This document shows, piece by piece, positions 28,101 through 40,600 of a DNA stretch of 64,000 bases. The stretch spans positions 1,316,362 through 1,380,361 of the forward strand of contig NMRA01000007.1 in assembly GCA_002633005.1 (NCBI GenBank), in the 5' to 3' direction. A model generated the notes under the pieces. The model searched no databases and was not told the origin of the DNA. It saw only the letters and a list, made by a program, of their open reading frames with translations. Each line of letters begins with the position of its first letter. Position 1 is the stretch's first letter. The stretch comes from Phoronis australis (Eukaryota; Animalia; Phoronida). Both the position numbers and the translations under genes were made by a program.

Positions 28101-28826
28101 GACCTCAGCATAGTCATATTACAGCTGTATGGTGAATCGTTTGTGTTTATGGAGTGGTGCTTAAGCCCCGGCAGCCCAGAGTGGTGTGTCAAGCCTTTGT
28201 ATTTGTTTTCTTACGTCACTGTAACAATAAAATCTGCTCAATCTGTGTGTTTTAGGGTTTTTCCAACGCATTGATTTTATAAGAAAGCACGCCTTTTCCT
28301 CCATGGTTGTGTCTTCAACTGACAGTACGTTCTGTATCAGTGGGATCTGGATATGGCGCAAGACTGGTTTGATCTTTGATGTAAGAGTTTGTTTCAATTG
28401 CTAATGAAGAATGTTGCATTCTGCACAGTAGTAGTAAAGTGATTGCATAAGTTAAGACTAAGTGGACTATTTTATCAATGGGTGGCAGTTGTTAAATGTT
28501 GTGGAGCTGTTAAATGCAGTGTTGCTTTTTGTGCATTTCGGTAGAATGAGGTATTCTAGCAGTTTGACATTTGCCCGGGACAGAAATGAAAATGCTTCAG
28601 TTATGGTGTAAAATGTGTCACTGCAGTTTGTACGAGTGTGGAATAGTTGCGAATATTTGTTTTGTAGCTGGATGAGGATTGGCAAATAGACTCTCCTTAC
28701 TACGAGTGGACAAAGTTAGACTCTGATAGCGCTGAAACCAAGGACCTGGTAGCTAAATACCTTGCCCAGGATGAGAAGCTTAAGTATGAAGGGCTGGAGT
28801 ACTGTGATGGAAAGTATTTCAAGTAA
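19130..28826 (+). CDS. EEF1G: Elongation factor 1-gamma (eEF1B gamma), 11 coding exons, 425 aa
   Basis: Exons 19130-19138, 19266-19424 ([13 protein letters not shown]...FPLGK), 21180-21243 (VPAYE...FESNAIAYY), 22261-22403, 22927-23070, 23718-23847, 25027-25121, 26122-26201, 27168-27337, 28256-28380, 28668-28826 (...DGKYFK*). GT-AG, frame conserved, total 1278 nt. GST-like N domain, K/E-rich linker, C-terminal domain. Confidence 0.95.
20151..20290. mobile_element. Short MITE-like element
   Basis: 20-bp inverted ends cgttcagttacgctaggacc / ggtcctagcattactgaacg. Confidence 0.6.
20948..21113. mobile_element. MITE family A copy, TA target duplication
   Basis: ta|attgacctatcgc...gcaataggtcaat|ta. 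Confidence 0.8.
23915..24093. mobile_element. MITE family A copy (reverse orientation)
   Basis: attgacctgttgc...gcgataggtcaat; the interior is the reverse complement of the other two copies. Confidence 0.78.
25210..25338 (+). ncRNA. Box H/ACA snoRNA in eEF1G intron 7
   Basis: Hairpin 1 (ctccttc/gaag-t-ggag; gcatg-catggga/tccctgtg-catgt), H box ACATCA 25269-25274, hairpin 2 (cgatcgttt/aaatgatcg; agcgaa/ttcgct), ACA 25333-25335 plus 3 nt; about 129 nt. Pocket 2 (ttccga / accaac) is complementary to the conserved 18S segment GUUGGU-UU-UCGGAA, with 15 nt to the ACA box. Confidence 0.78.
25562..25696 (+). ncRNA. Candidate second H/ACA snoRNA in eEF1G intron 7
   Basis: Stem actgctct/ggagcagt closed directly by ANANNA box ACAATA (25638-25643); second hairpin caga/tctg with upper stem gtgggtg/tacctgc; ACA at 25691; 135 nt. 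No target recognised. Confidence 0.45.
25712..25867. repeat. Dispersed repeat family F (other copies near 29108-29225 and 29732-29861)
   Basis: Shared ttcctct...ggttt, gacttc..tgcaaaa..tttatttca.ttaaat.tta.aacac and atcacacaagcctat. Confidence 0.65.
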
Positions 28827-28904
28827 TACTTGGCACCTGGACGGATCTGATTGGCTAACGCTCTCTTGTGCTCATGATTGTCAAAAGTTCACCTTGACTG
28901 GTTA

Positions 28905-28910
28905 AATAAA
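28905..28910 (+). terminator. Polyadenylation signal of eEF1G
   Basis: AATAAA about 80 nt after the stop codon, followed by GT-rich sequence (tctctgttgtttgtttt). Confidence 0.7.
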
Positions 28911-31900
28911 TAGCGATATTTATTCGTCTCTGTTGTTTGTTTTAAAGTCTGTCTTGATCCATAATGTGTAATTTTGGTTCCTACAGTGTGTTAACAGTAT
29001 CACTCTGAGCCCACTAGTGCCATAAATTGTCAAATGTAATGAACGTTAGACGTATTGGTTTACTTTTGTCTAGGTCAATGTGAGAATCACCTTCCTCTAA
29101 TAAGGAGTTCCTCTTTTTGGTTTCGATTTTCTCTTGTTTGATTTCCAATTTCCTCATTTTTCGCCTTATTTATTGTTTTGACTTCTATGCAAAAACATTT
29201 ATTTCAATTAAATTTTATAACACAAAAAATATGTTTGTGGAACAATGAATTGGCCTTGTGTTGTTTGTGCTGGGGTCTTGCTGTGGTGCTGTATGGCATG
29301 AAAAGGCAGCTTCACCTATCATTTGACGGGCCTACATTTGTGTGATTAATTTTTCATTTTCTTATTCTTCTAAGGCTTTGCTGTCACTACCTAATTAGCC
29401 CAATACATCTGAAATAAAATTCCATTTAAGTTTAGCTTTAAGACTGGTCACTAGTCGTGCAGTCTTCATTGTTTCCACTCGAGTTTTAGGCTGTTGGTCA
29501 TCTCTAACAAACTTACAGAATCCGAAGATGAATATGTAGGACAAGACAATGCGGACAAAATACAATTTCCTGTTTCTAGGTTTAATCCTATTAGCACCTA
29601 CAGTAGTGGTTAATAATGTTCAAATTATGAAATGTACTAGCCTCCTTAACTTGGTTAATTCCTTTTCATGACAAGAGGTAAGACTACTCGAACTATGAAT
29701 TTGGCTTCTGTATAGCTGTAATGAGAGCAGAGATTTCCTCTAATGGTTTCAATTTCCTCTGATGTCTCGTTTCGTCTTTTTTCATTGTTTTGGCTTCATT
29801 CATACCAAAATTTTTTTCAGATAAATTTTACAACACAAGTATTTCCATCACACAAGCCTATTCATCTGTAGAACAATAAGTCATTTGTTATTATGTCTGA
29901 ATGCTTGGGTGTGTATTTTACATCCTACATGGTAAATCATGGCATTTCAGTATGTCTCATAGCATCGAGTTCAGCGTTCATTTTTGTTTTCCACTTCTCC
30001 ATTTGCTTTACTTGAAGGGCACCGGTGTTCCTATTAGGGTTGCTGAGAAAATTTAATTTTGTGAGTGAACCAACCACTGTTGTACCCCTAGTGGCAGTTT
30101 TAGTTTTCTTATATCTGCCTATGATCTTCCTATTAAAAGTAAATCTGAAACTCTAATCCCAATATAGGATTTTCTTGGCAGAAGTGCTTTTAACAAAGAT
30201 TGAACCACATTTATTTATTTGTGGTGGGATTAAATTTAGAGCCACCTGATCGCATTTTTGTCTCCTGATGTTCATGCATCTTTTAAAATTTCATATTTTC
30301 AATTGAGCATTAAAATTTACAATCACGTAGCTGCATGTATGTTATGACAATTCGCTTTTTCGCACAGAAAATTATTGCCAACATCCTCACTTAAAATAAT
30401 GGAAACTTTGGTAAATGTTGCGTCATGACATCTACACAGTACAAAACATGCTAGTAATATGTATATTGCTGGGTTCCATTGAAATGGCAAAAATGTTGAG
30501 CAAAGATCACTTTTTGGAACCAAAAAACCGTAACTTTAGTAGTGAAAACCCCAATGCTGAGTTTTGTTTCATTCTACATCGGAAGGTGCACCCAGTGGTG
30601 AATCAGGTCAGTGAGATATAGACGAATCGGCTGTACACGTTCTACGCAAGGTACGGTTTCTTTGGTTTCAAAAGGGATCTGCTCAATATTTTTATGCTAG
30701 AAATAGATAAGAATTTTCTTGATATTAATTTTGTGGTGAAATTAAGAATTTCACTTGTTGGCCATGTGTGCTAAATAAGTGAAGAATTGCCACATCAATA
30801 CATGACCCTGCATTGATTTTACTCCAATGTTTGTTGTATTGCCACAAAAGTCAAACTGATTGATTTTACTCCAATGTTTGTCGTATTGCCACAAAAGGCA
30901 AACTCATTGATTTTAACCATTCGCCTAAGTATGAACATGGACAGTACAATTTTTTGTATCAGTATCACATGCTTCATTCTTCAAAAAGAAGGGAAAAGTA
31001 CAAAAATTTATTTGCTACATTTATTGCTGTTAGACAACAGGGAATGACCTTTATCATTACAATACAATGCAGTCTACCAAGAAATACTGCAAACTGGGCA
31101 TTCATACAGTCACTAAAAGAACAGCTTGCGAACCAACAACTGGGGTGCGTTCCATTGACACAAGAATCTTGCAAAAAGCTAGTCAAGACAAAAAACGTGC
31201 AAGTGATTCCCGAATAAGCTCTGGACTGTGGTAGCTCGATCTGGGGACATGGCAGCCACTGATGTGAGAATGTAACGTTGACTTACAGGCTAGAATTCAC
31301 TACTTGTGTGAGTGTTGGCTAGTCAAGAGGAGTTAATATCTTTTAAGAGTGCTTTATTGAGAGACGTGAAACATTTCTAATTGACATTCTCACAGTTCTC
31401 TGTTTCAGTTCTAAAAATAAAAAACAAAATGCATAGAAAACCTCACAGATACAGACAAAATGCAAATTCGGCAATACCAAATACGAAAGTACCATGAAAA
31501 ATACCTCAATACTGCCGCTCCCCGGCTCTCCTCACTGACGCCAAATATGCACTGCCAAAATGTGAGTAAATCCAGTCGGCGCACAACACTTCACACTCAA
31601 ATGAGGGTCAGGTCACATGCAAATTACATTCAATCTATTCAGCCATGAATATACACGTGACCATGAGCCACCCGGAGCAAATAAAGGTGAAGTATCTTAC
31701 AACTTGCATTCCGTAAGTGAAAATTTCAAGCTACAAGTGTTTCGCCAGTCTCGAGTCAGGGAATGCAATCCTAAATTAGTTAATGACCCATTTCCCAAAT
31801 CTTCAATAAAATACTTGTACCTGATACTCAAACCAAAGATGACATATATTGCATCTAAAATTCAACAAATGTTATGTGTACCCATAGAACACTCAATTTT

Positions 31901-32406
31901 GGGTAACTTCCCGACATCTATCTCGAAATGGTTGGTCGGAACACAATGAAACCGTGCGATAATAATCACATGACATGTACTGTTCTCCAAAATACAGTCA
32001 TAAAGTTTTCATAAAGTTCCTCCTTTGTATGAGGGGGCTCTCAAAAATGGGAGTTTTATGAAAAAAATTCATAAAATAATGTAATTTAAAAATCCGTATA
32101 GCAATTCTTAACAAAATATGGCTGTCAAGAAAAAATACCACAAATCTATCGTTTGCTAAGGTTTGGAAAAAAGATTAGGTCACATGAGCCACTGATTAAC
32201 AGATTGAAATAATTCACAATTTCCACAGGGTTTCTATTTTCAGAAAATACATACTTTTACTTTGTGAAGTGCTGTAGTTGTCTTCATATTTGGCTAAATG
32301 CACCAACATACTATTCGGTTACAAATAACCTTCAAGAGTTAAAAGATTGAATGTAAGAATTTGTGCAACTTTAAACTGAATTGTGAGACTGTTGTAACAC
32401 TCTTAT

Positions 32407-33278
32407 AGGTGAAGGCAACCTTTTCTCATGCCATTTTTAGCAAAAATAAGGTTCGTTGATTATCCCAGACATATTTTTCACTTAATAACAGCTTTTTGTA
32501 ATTTAAGTAATTATGTGTTCTCTGCTCCAGAAGTGACGTTTTGGGAGGCAAGAATTTTGCGCCAATTTCTTTTAATATAGTCTCACTATGAGAGCTGTCG
32601 AGTCAGTCATTGTTCTACCTTGGTTGTGATATGTTTGGTCGTCGTTTGCTTTTGTTTACAAGTCAGTCAACATGCTGCGTACGGGAATGTACTCATTATC
32701 GCCCAGAGCCTGTAAGCAACCCTACTGCAATGTTGAGTAGTGGGAGTGAATACAAGCCCAGTTAGACACCCAATGAAGAGGACAGTTCGTCGTTCAATGA
32801 ACGGATCGGTGTGCTAAACTTTGATAAGTTTATTGTGGACTTGCCTAAAGTACTGGAGCTATTTAGAAGGTGTCAGGTGTATGGCGAGGGAGTCACACGG
32901 CGGGATGTAAGTAGTTTGTGTGCTCGGGTCACTATCCAGTGGGAGTGTGTCGCGGGACACTCGGGCAAGTCAGACAGTTGTTCATCTGTCCGTGAGACGA
33001 TAATGAGTACATCTCGGTATGCAGCAACAGTGTTGAATTTTGACTGACTCGTAAACAAAAGCAAATGACGACGGAACTTATCACAACTGAGATAGACTGA
33101 CTTGGCAACTCTCAGTCAGAAAAGAATTTGGCGAGAAATTCTTGCCTCCAAAAACATCACTTCCTGAGTAGAGAAAGAGTAATTGTTTAAATTACAAAAA
33201 GCTGTACTTAACTGAAAAATATGTCTGAGATAACCTTATTTTTGCTAAAAATGACATGAAAAAGGGTTGTCTTCGCCT
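32407..33278. mobile_element. Non-autonomous DNA transposon with about 160-bp terminal inverted repeats (Kolobok-like AGG...CCT, TTAA-like flanks)
   Basis: 32407-32570 is the imperfect reverse complement of 33122-33278 (aggtgaaggcaacc...gcaagaattt vs aaattcttgcc...gttgtcttcgcct). Confidence 0.8.
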
Positions 33279-34629
33279 TTAAAACACCACATAGAACTAG
33301 ACGCACCATATTATACAAGTGGAGAACAACTCGATCACATCACTATATAAACTGTGCTGTGATGCTAAAAAAGAACTTCACAGACACAATCTAAAGCAGC
33401 CTCGTCTCATTCTTATCATTATTTTGAATTGAAAATAGACTAGAATTCACTAGACAATCATGCTGCTTTGTTGTCTGAAACTAAATCACTGAGACAAGCA
33501 ACTTAATGAACCTAGCCTGAAGACATAATGAACAGCCAAAAATATTATTTTATAATATGAGTAAGGAACAAACAGACTTATTTGGTAACGAACGTTTATT
33601 GCACCCTTAACTGAACCTACTTAAAACTTGGAATTATTTCTTCAGAGAAACGCGAAGTCAAAACTAAGCAACAGTTGTCATGGGAATGAACATGTAGTCC
33701 AACATTGATAGCATTCACAATACTTGTGAGCATAGAATGTGGACAGTCCATCTGGAATCACATAAAATTCTAGTTGTGCGCCAGAACTGCATCACAGAAT
33801 CAGGGAACTCAAACCTCAGTCAAATTTCAGGATTTAGTGTAAAATTTCGCCACCTTAAGACACGATGTGATGGACAAGAGAAATCTTATTTCTCGTTTTC
33901 CATGAAAGACGGATAGCTTCTGTACTATAGTCACCACCCGACAATATTTAGAAAAACTGTGCGCATTTATGTCAAGTGAACGTTAAAAGCCTTTACAAAT
34001 GAAAAAAAAAAAAAACTTCGGCAATAACGTATGGTTATCGTGGTTACATTTAATAGGGTTAGTAGTGATTTTTGGTATGTGGACAGTTTTCAAACTTATT
34101 CCGTGGGTAACAACTGAATGGCAAAAAAATTTTGTATAAAGATGAGTAGCATCAGATGACCGCTTCATCACACCATAAGCTACCATCTGAGATAATGTTT
34201 TAAGAAACTGGAATATTATAACGATAGAAGCCTTTGACAAATGAAAAACCATCAATTTTGGAAATCAATTTTCTCTGAAACTGGTGACATTGAACAGTAA
34301 CAGACATACTGCTATTAAGAAGTGACCACAAGCCTACAGGCCCATCAGTTCATTTTTTACCCAAAAATCATATCTAAGCTAAGCAAGAGGTGAAGTTGAT
34401 AAGTAAATGTTGACACAGAAAATTTCCCATAACTGCTACGTCGCTTAATAATAAAAAATAAAAATAAAAACAAGTGCCTAGTCTTACTGCAGACTGCTAC
34501 AGACACATTTCAACAATTACCTTCATGTTGTCATTCTAATCAAGACTTGAAACTAAGAAGGGAATGATTAACAGACACACGCCTGAGTTTTCGGCGTTAC
34601 AATTTCCGCAAAAACGACGCACACGACTT

Positions 34630-37600
34630 TCAGATCTGCAGGACCAATCCAGCTGAAGATATGTTGTCGCCTCCACCACCCGTCTGAATCACTTTGGTGC
34701 ACACCAGAACGGGTGCTATGCACACAGTGTAGTCTCCTTCCTCCCAACATGTCACTGGCCTTTCTGGCTTCAATGGCATCCTGGCGCTGCCTTTTTCACG
34801 ACTCAGTGAGAACGACTCGTCCATAATCATTTTCACAGACTCTACATCCACGTGTTGCGACCCGCACACATGGCGGCTGGCTGTGAGAGATGCCTTAGCT
34901 GCAGCCGACATGGTGTTCTTCCATGCCGATCCCTTTGTGATCATCACAGCCTGGTAGGCTAGTGTGTGTACGTGTAATCGTGTCAGCTTCCTCTGACCAT
35001 TCACTTCCTGAGTCGTCCGCAAGTATTTATACACGAGTCGCATCTGGTCCAGGACGGTGGCAACACGTGGGTAAGCGTCTGAGATCAAAGTTATCGTCCC
35101 ATTGGTCAACATACTGTACAGGTTAGGAAGTTCCTGCTCGTTCATGCCTAGTGAATCGGCATATGGCACAACCTTATCCACTATGTCTTGAAAAAGCGCC
35201 TCTTCAGCGAACGACGCTAACTCAAAGTGGACGGGAGTTTTGCGTGGAACACTCTTCAAGAATTGCACTAAACGACCCAGTCTGGCGTCTTTTTGCCCTG
35301 GAAGCAAACAAGCAAACTAGTTAACAATCATGACGAGAATCAGTATTGAACCAGCGGCATGGCTGAACTACACAACAACTGCATTGCCATCCCATCACAA
35401 CCGAAGCCTTGATACTGATTTGGTTGGGTAATAGAGAAAGAGTCCTTTTTTACAAACCGACTAGACCTTGCTACATGCCAACCAAAGGAGGCTGCCATTC
35501 TTAAGCTGCCATTCAGTGATTACCCAACTTGTCTCCAGTAAGGTGCTGAAAGCATAAGGTATCCCAATGGTGTTTATCGTAATCTATTTTGCCCGGGGTA
35601 CGGCACGAGCTAAGTTGCAGAGTAAAACACGAGGAGGATTGTGAATAATGTCATTTATTATGACGTAAATAGAGAGAACTAAATAAGACTCTGCAAGATG
35701 GAATTTAGTTTAGCACTAGCGAAAAGGGAGATAACTCTATTACAGAGGGTGAATTGATTAGTCTATGAATTCATACAGTAAGACAGGCAGCATCACTCGG
35801 TGAACTTTGACCTTGTCACTGATTTGTGACTTTCTGGTTTCTTAAGTTAGTGTTAACTCCTTATAACACGTCAGTCACAGATTCAGGAGCCTTTTCACCT
35901 ATTTCTGATACGTGCAGTACTGTCAAGCACTCACTATGATTGACAACTGTCATTAAACATCCTGAGCCTATGATCCTATCTCGGAGCTTGAACTCTAAAA
36001 AATAATTTCATATTTTTTGTTCTACCCATTCGGAAGAACATAATAAAGTGGCATAAAACGTGAAAAAAGACTAAATTGCGTTATTCAAAGTAGTTCTCTG
36101 CCACTGAAACACAAGTCAAACTGTTCACCAGGTATTTTTCTGGTTAGATCATAAATATTTTGAATTTCTGTTGATGTCAAAGCATTTTTCCCTTAATTTC
36201 AAATTTCAGAAAACAGTAAGTCAATTGCTCATTACTTTGTTGATTTTTCTCCCACATGGCAAAGCACGTGTCCTTATTTGGTATGGCAAGAGAACACATT
36301 CGTCCTATAAGGAAAATGTGACCTTTGACCTTTTAGGTAAACAAAACAATGACAATTTCAAGCAGCAGTCAATCCGATTTCCAAGAGCCTATACGCAGAT
36401 TCATAGAATTAGGGGAGGAGAATTTGAAAACTGTATTGGTGAGTTTTTACTTTGCCTGCGTTTCAAAAATAGTGAACCTGATGATTTTTTAGAAATTCTT
36501 GTAAAGTATTCAAGGTGAATAACTGTCGCATTAGCATCCCCAAGAAGTAGATTCACCACGATCTGTTAAAAGCTATTTTGACGAGTTTTCACGTTGCATG
36601 CCTCTTTAAGGTAAGTGTCAATAATTCTGTGATCTAATAACTACATTATGGTTGCCATGGATACATATCCAATCCCAGTTTGCACTTGATAACCTCCAAC
36701 CATTAAAGTTATAATTTTGAGTCTGATCATGAGTTCATAGCTCGGGGTCATCTAGTGCAAACTTGCATTAGAAACTCATTTGTGTTTTCAATAACGTACT
36801 TGAGCACATACTTGTATATCAAGAACAATCTTAGGTAGAACAAAGAGTTTTAAACCCAAGTTTGAGTTCAGAGATAAGACCTCAGCTCTGTTAAAACAGG
36901 CTCCACACCTACATGAGCATGTCCAGCCTTACACATACACAACTTATTCATAATGTTCTCATTCACCTGTCAGCACTAAACAATTCAAAACTTGAAGACC
37001 AATTATACATCATCACAAGCAAGACTTAACCGGTTAGAACTGGTTCTGAGAGCATGAGATGCCTGGGATAGAATATGGTGCAAACGTACTGAATAGTCTG
37101 TGCACGAGTATATTTCTGTATCACTGACACGATTAGCATATTAATTTAATAAAACATTCCTGTGAAAATATCAAAAAAACATTTCATGAAATAAATTGAA
37201 TGCAGTTGCTTGAAGCATCATTTTTGTGACGGTAAACACATATTTGATCACAAGTCTTCGGCAACAATCTGATTTCAAATCCCTATTTGCATGCAGGAAT
37301 GTCTAAACAGTAATGCTCTTTTTGCATACTACCTGCATTAATCTGTAGATAATTTATCAATGTGAAATATATGTTCTGAAAAGTAAATGCCCTTTACACA
37401 AATGATGGCCCTCACAGGCACACATAATTCGCATCATTCAGTGTTATTCCTGAGCAACGTGTTACAAAGCTTTCTGGACAAGTGTCTGTGATTCGAGGCA
37501 GATCATTTTCCTCACAAAACTCTTAAAACATACAAGCCACATTATATTCACAACCTACTAGTAATATTGTATTCCTAACTGGTTTGGGCAAATAATAACA

Positions 37601-40600
37601 TAATAGCAGGCAAATTCCACTTTAAAAGGACACCAAATAAAACCCTGTTTTGATGATTTTAACCAATTCTCGTTCTGTCACCTGCTAATGCGTCGTTGGC
37701 ATCAACCTCGAAAAATAAAGGCAAGAATCAACTAAAAACTCATTCTCCCTGTCTCACAAATTGGACATTACGGTCCTTGGTAGGTGGTCTCTTCCCACAG
37801 TTGCCGTGTAATTTGCTAAAAGTGAAGGGTCACGCCTGCCCATTTAGCAGATTTTGAAAGGAGTTTTCAAATTTTCCTCCAAACTTTTGAGGGTTGTCAA
37901 GGGTTACAGAGCATCGTTTCAGGGAACTAGACGGGAAAGTCGTTTTTATTATCTGTTAATATACAAAAACCGGGTTTGGTATCCTTTTAATAGAAACCTG
38001 TGATCCACAGATACTCACCTTCCTTAAATGGAAAATTGTCCATCATCTGTAGACCACCAAGCACAAACAAAGATGGCTGGAAGGTCAACATCTGCGCTTC
38101 AAATTCTTCAAGTGAAGTCAGCAGTGGGTTCTCCTTGTCACTGTGTATGATGAGTCTAGAAAAACGTATGATGAGTCTAGTAAAACATAATGTTGAGACC
38201 AGGGAAACGTGATGAGTCTGGAAAAATGTATCAAAGATTCTAGAAAAACAATCAGGAGTTTCAGGGGTCTGTTTCAAGAAGAATGTCTTAAAAGACTTAT
38301 TTCTAAAAATAGCGAAAGTTGTAAGCCTCTGAATAGATAAACACAAGTGCTTGTTACCGAGACAACTTCTATAAATTATTTCTAAGACTGGGACGCACTC
38401 ATAATCCTACAATGTTGTTTACCATGGCTTCTCATTGGTTAAAGTAATGAAACCGATGTCATACTATTCAGTCATTCCCAATGGTTGAAATTTGGAAAAC
38501 CCCTTTCAGTTCACTGTTACGTAGTGAGGCGACCACTTTTGACTTAATTGAATAGCTGCAATTTAGTAAAATGGGCAGTGATTGAAGTGAACAAAATCAA
38601 GGGAACCTCAATCCCATGGCTAAGCCCAAACAAGTACAGTGCATTGAAGGCGAGTGCAAGAGGTGGCGATGTGATCAATAAACTTCTGACCAAGCATGCC
38701 CAACACATGGAATACCGTGTGTCGTTCGTCATGTTTCCACAGGGCCACTTTTCAGTATAGGTGGCGCTGTGTCAGAGGGTAACATAATCCAACTGATTCT
38801 AACTGGTATGAGTATCATGACTGTAAACATCACAGCAAATTCTTGCATGGGGCTTATCAGTGGGGAGACCCAACATGACAAAATGTTATCGTGATGACAC
38901 TAGTAAAAATTACCACCTTCTACTTCTCACATGAGGCTAATTAGGGATCTAGTGATGGAATGTCAAATGGAGAGACAGTCAATTATGGTTAAGGTTTGTA
39001 GGACCTTATTGACAGCTCACCCTATTTAGCTAAATATTTACATAACTAAAGTTGATATTTTCTGAAAGTAGTAAGGTTGTAGAAAGTTGGTTTATGACTT
39101 TTTACTGATCTATAATTAACTGGGTCAGGTAATCATGTCTTTTTGGTAAAATTTACCAAAGAAGAACGGTACATGGATAGNCAAAATGACAGTATCAATA
39201 ACATGANACAGAGATGACGGCATAATGCGTCCACATATAAATATGTGGGCGCATAAAAAGCTACTTTCCCTGGTGATTACAGGAACGTTATCAGCAAGAA
39301 AAGTGGTTTTCTGATATCAGCTTAAGCATGGAATTCAGCCTGCAAACCCCACGGTCGCAGTCTAAAACTCTGTCGGCGTATTTTAAGCATATTTAACTGG
39401 TCAAGTCACTGAAATTGATTTCAGCAAATGTCTGGCAGACAACGACAGGAATTGGCAATTTGTAATAAAATCACAAAAACAAAAAAGTTGTCATTTTCTA
39501 CCTCAGTCTGTTCAAAGCGGTAATAGTCAGATATAACTTGCAAGCATCTTGAGAACCAGTTATCTCCACTAAATAACAGGCATCAAACTGGTTCTCATAA
39601 TGTGGGCAAGTTATATCTGACCATTGCCGGTCAAAGCTAATAACTTCAAGAAGTACATCCCATCCAGAAATTCCAAAAATGCATTTTTGTCTGTAAAACC
39701 AAAAATGTTCCCTTCATGAAACCAAGCGCTAAAAGCTCTGGGAAAGAGTCCCATATTTGAAGAATGGTAAACAAATGATATCCAGATTTATAAATTACGT
39801 GACCCAATGTTACAGAAAAATATGATCGAGTGACAGCGCATTAGGGCACACATGTAAAAATGCAGGTTTATCACCAGGAGTTTGGATAATGAAGTAGGTC
39901 ACCCAACTTTGTAAACACCAACTGTTACAGATGGAAACAATGATAAATACACAAAGTGAAATAAGCATGTTGTTCTCATTTCCTTTTACTTTTATCAGTT
40001 AAAAATATCACATAATGATGTTCTTTCACCATTACACCAAACCGTTCAAAATAAAGAGAATTGCATAAATTTTTGTGAAGATTTTTCAAATTTCTAGTAG
40101 TGTATCAACAAAGTGTTCGGTTAATGCCAATGACGCTGAGCCTCACTTTTTGTGACCTTAAAAACTTTTGTAGTAAAAATGCAAATACATGCAAAATGTT
40201 CTCATGTCAATGAATAGTGTATGATTCATTTCAGTAAAAATTTCTATTACTGGTAAATTCTGTTTATTTTGAACAGTTAAAGTAATGTTCAAACGGCGTT
40301 ATTTGGCAATAAGCTGTGCTGAAAGTGAACTCATGAATCATGAAGTTTTATCTAAAATGGAAGTAGAATATCTTTAAAAGCACCATGTGTGGCATTACCG
40401 AACCACGCTAGCCTCATGATCTACAATTCTAACATCAAGTTCATTGTGCACTTTCGACCTTGGGATACTTAGCATGACCTTGGGATAGTTAACAGTCATG
40501 TTATTCAAGTGACACTGGTTCACAACAATTCTTCAATTCAGGTCAAACATCCAGTATTGCTTAAATTGTTATTTGGTCACATTTTGAAGACTCATTACAT

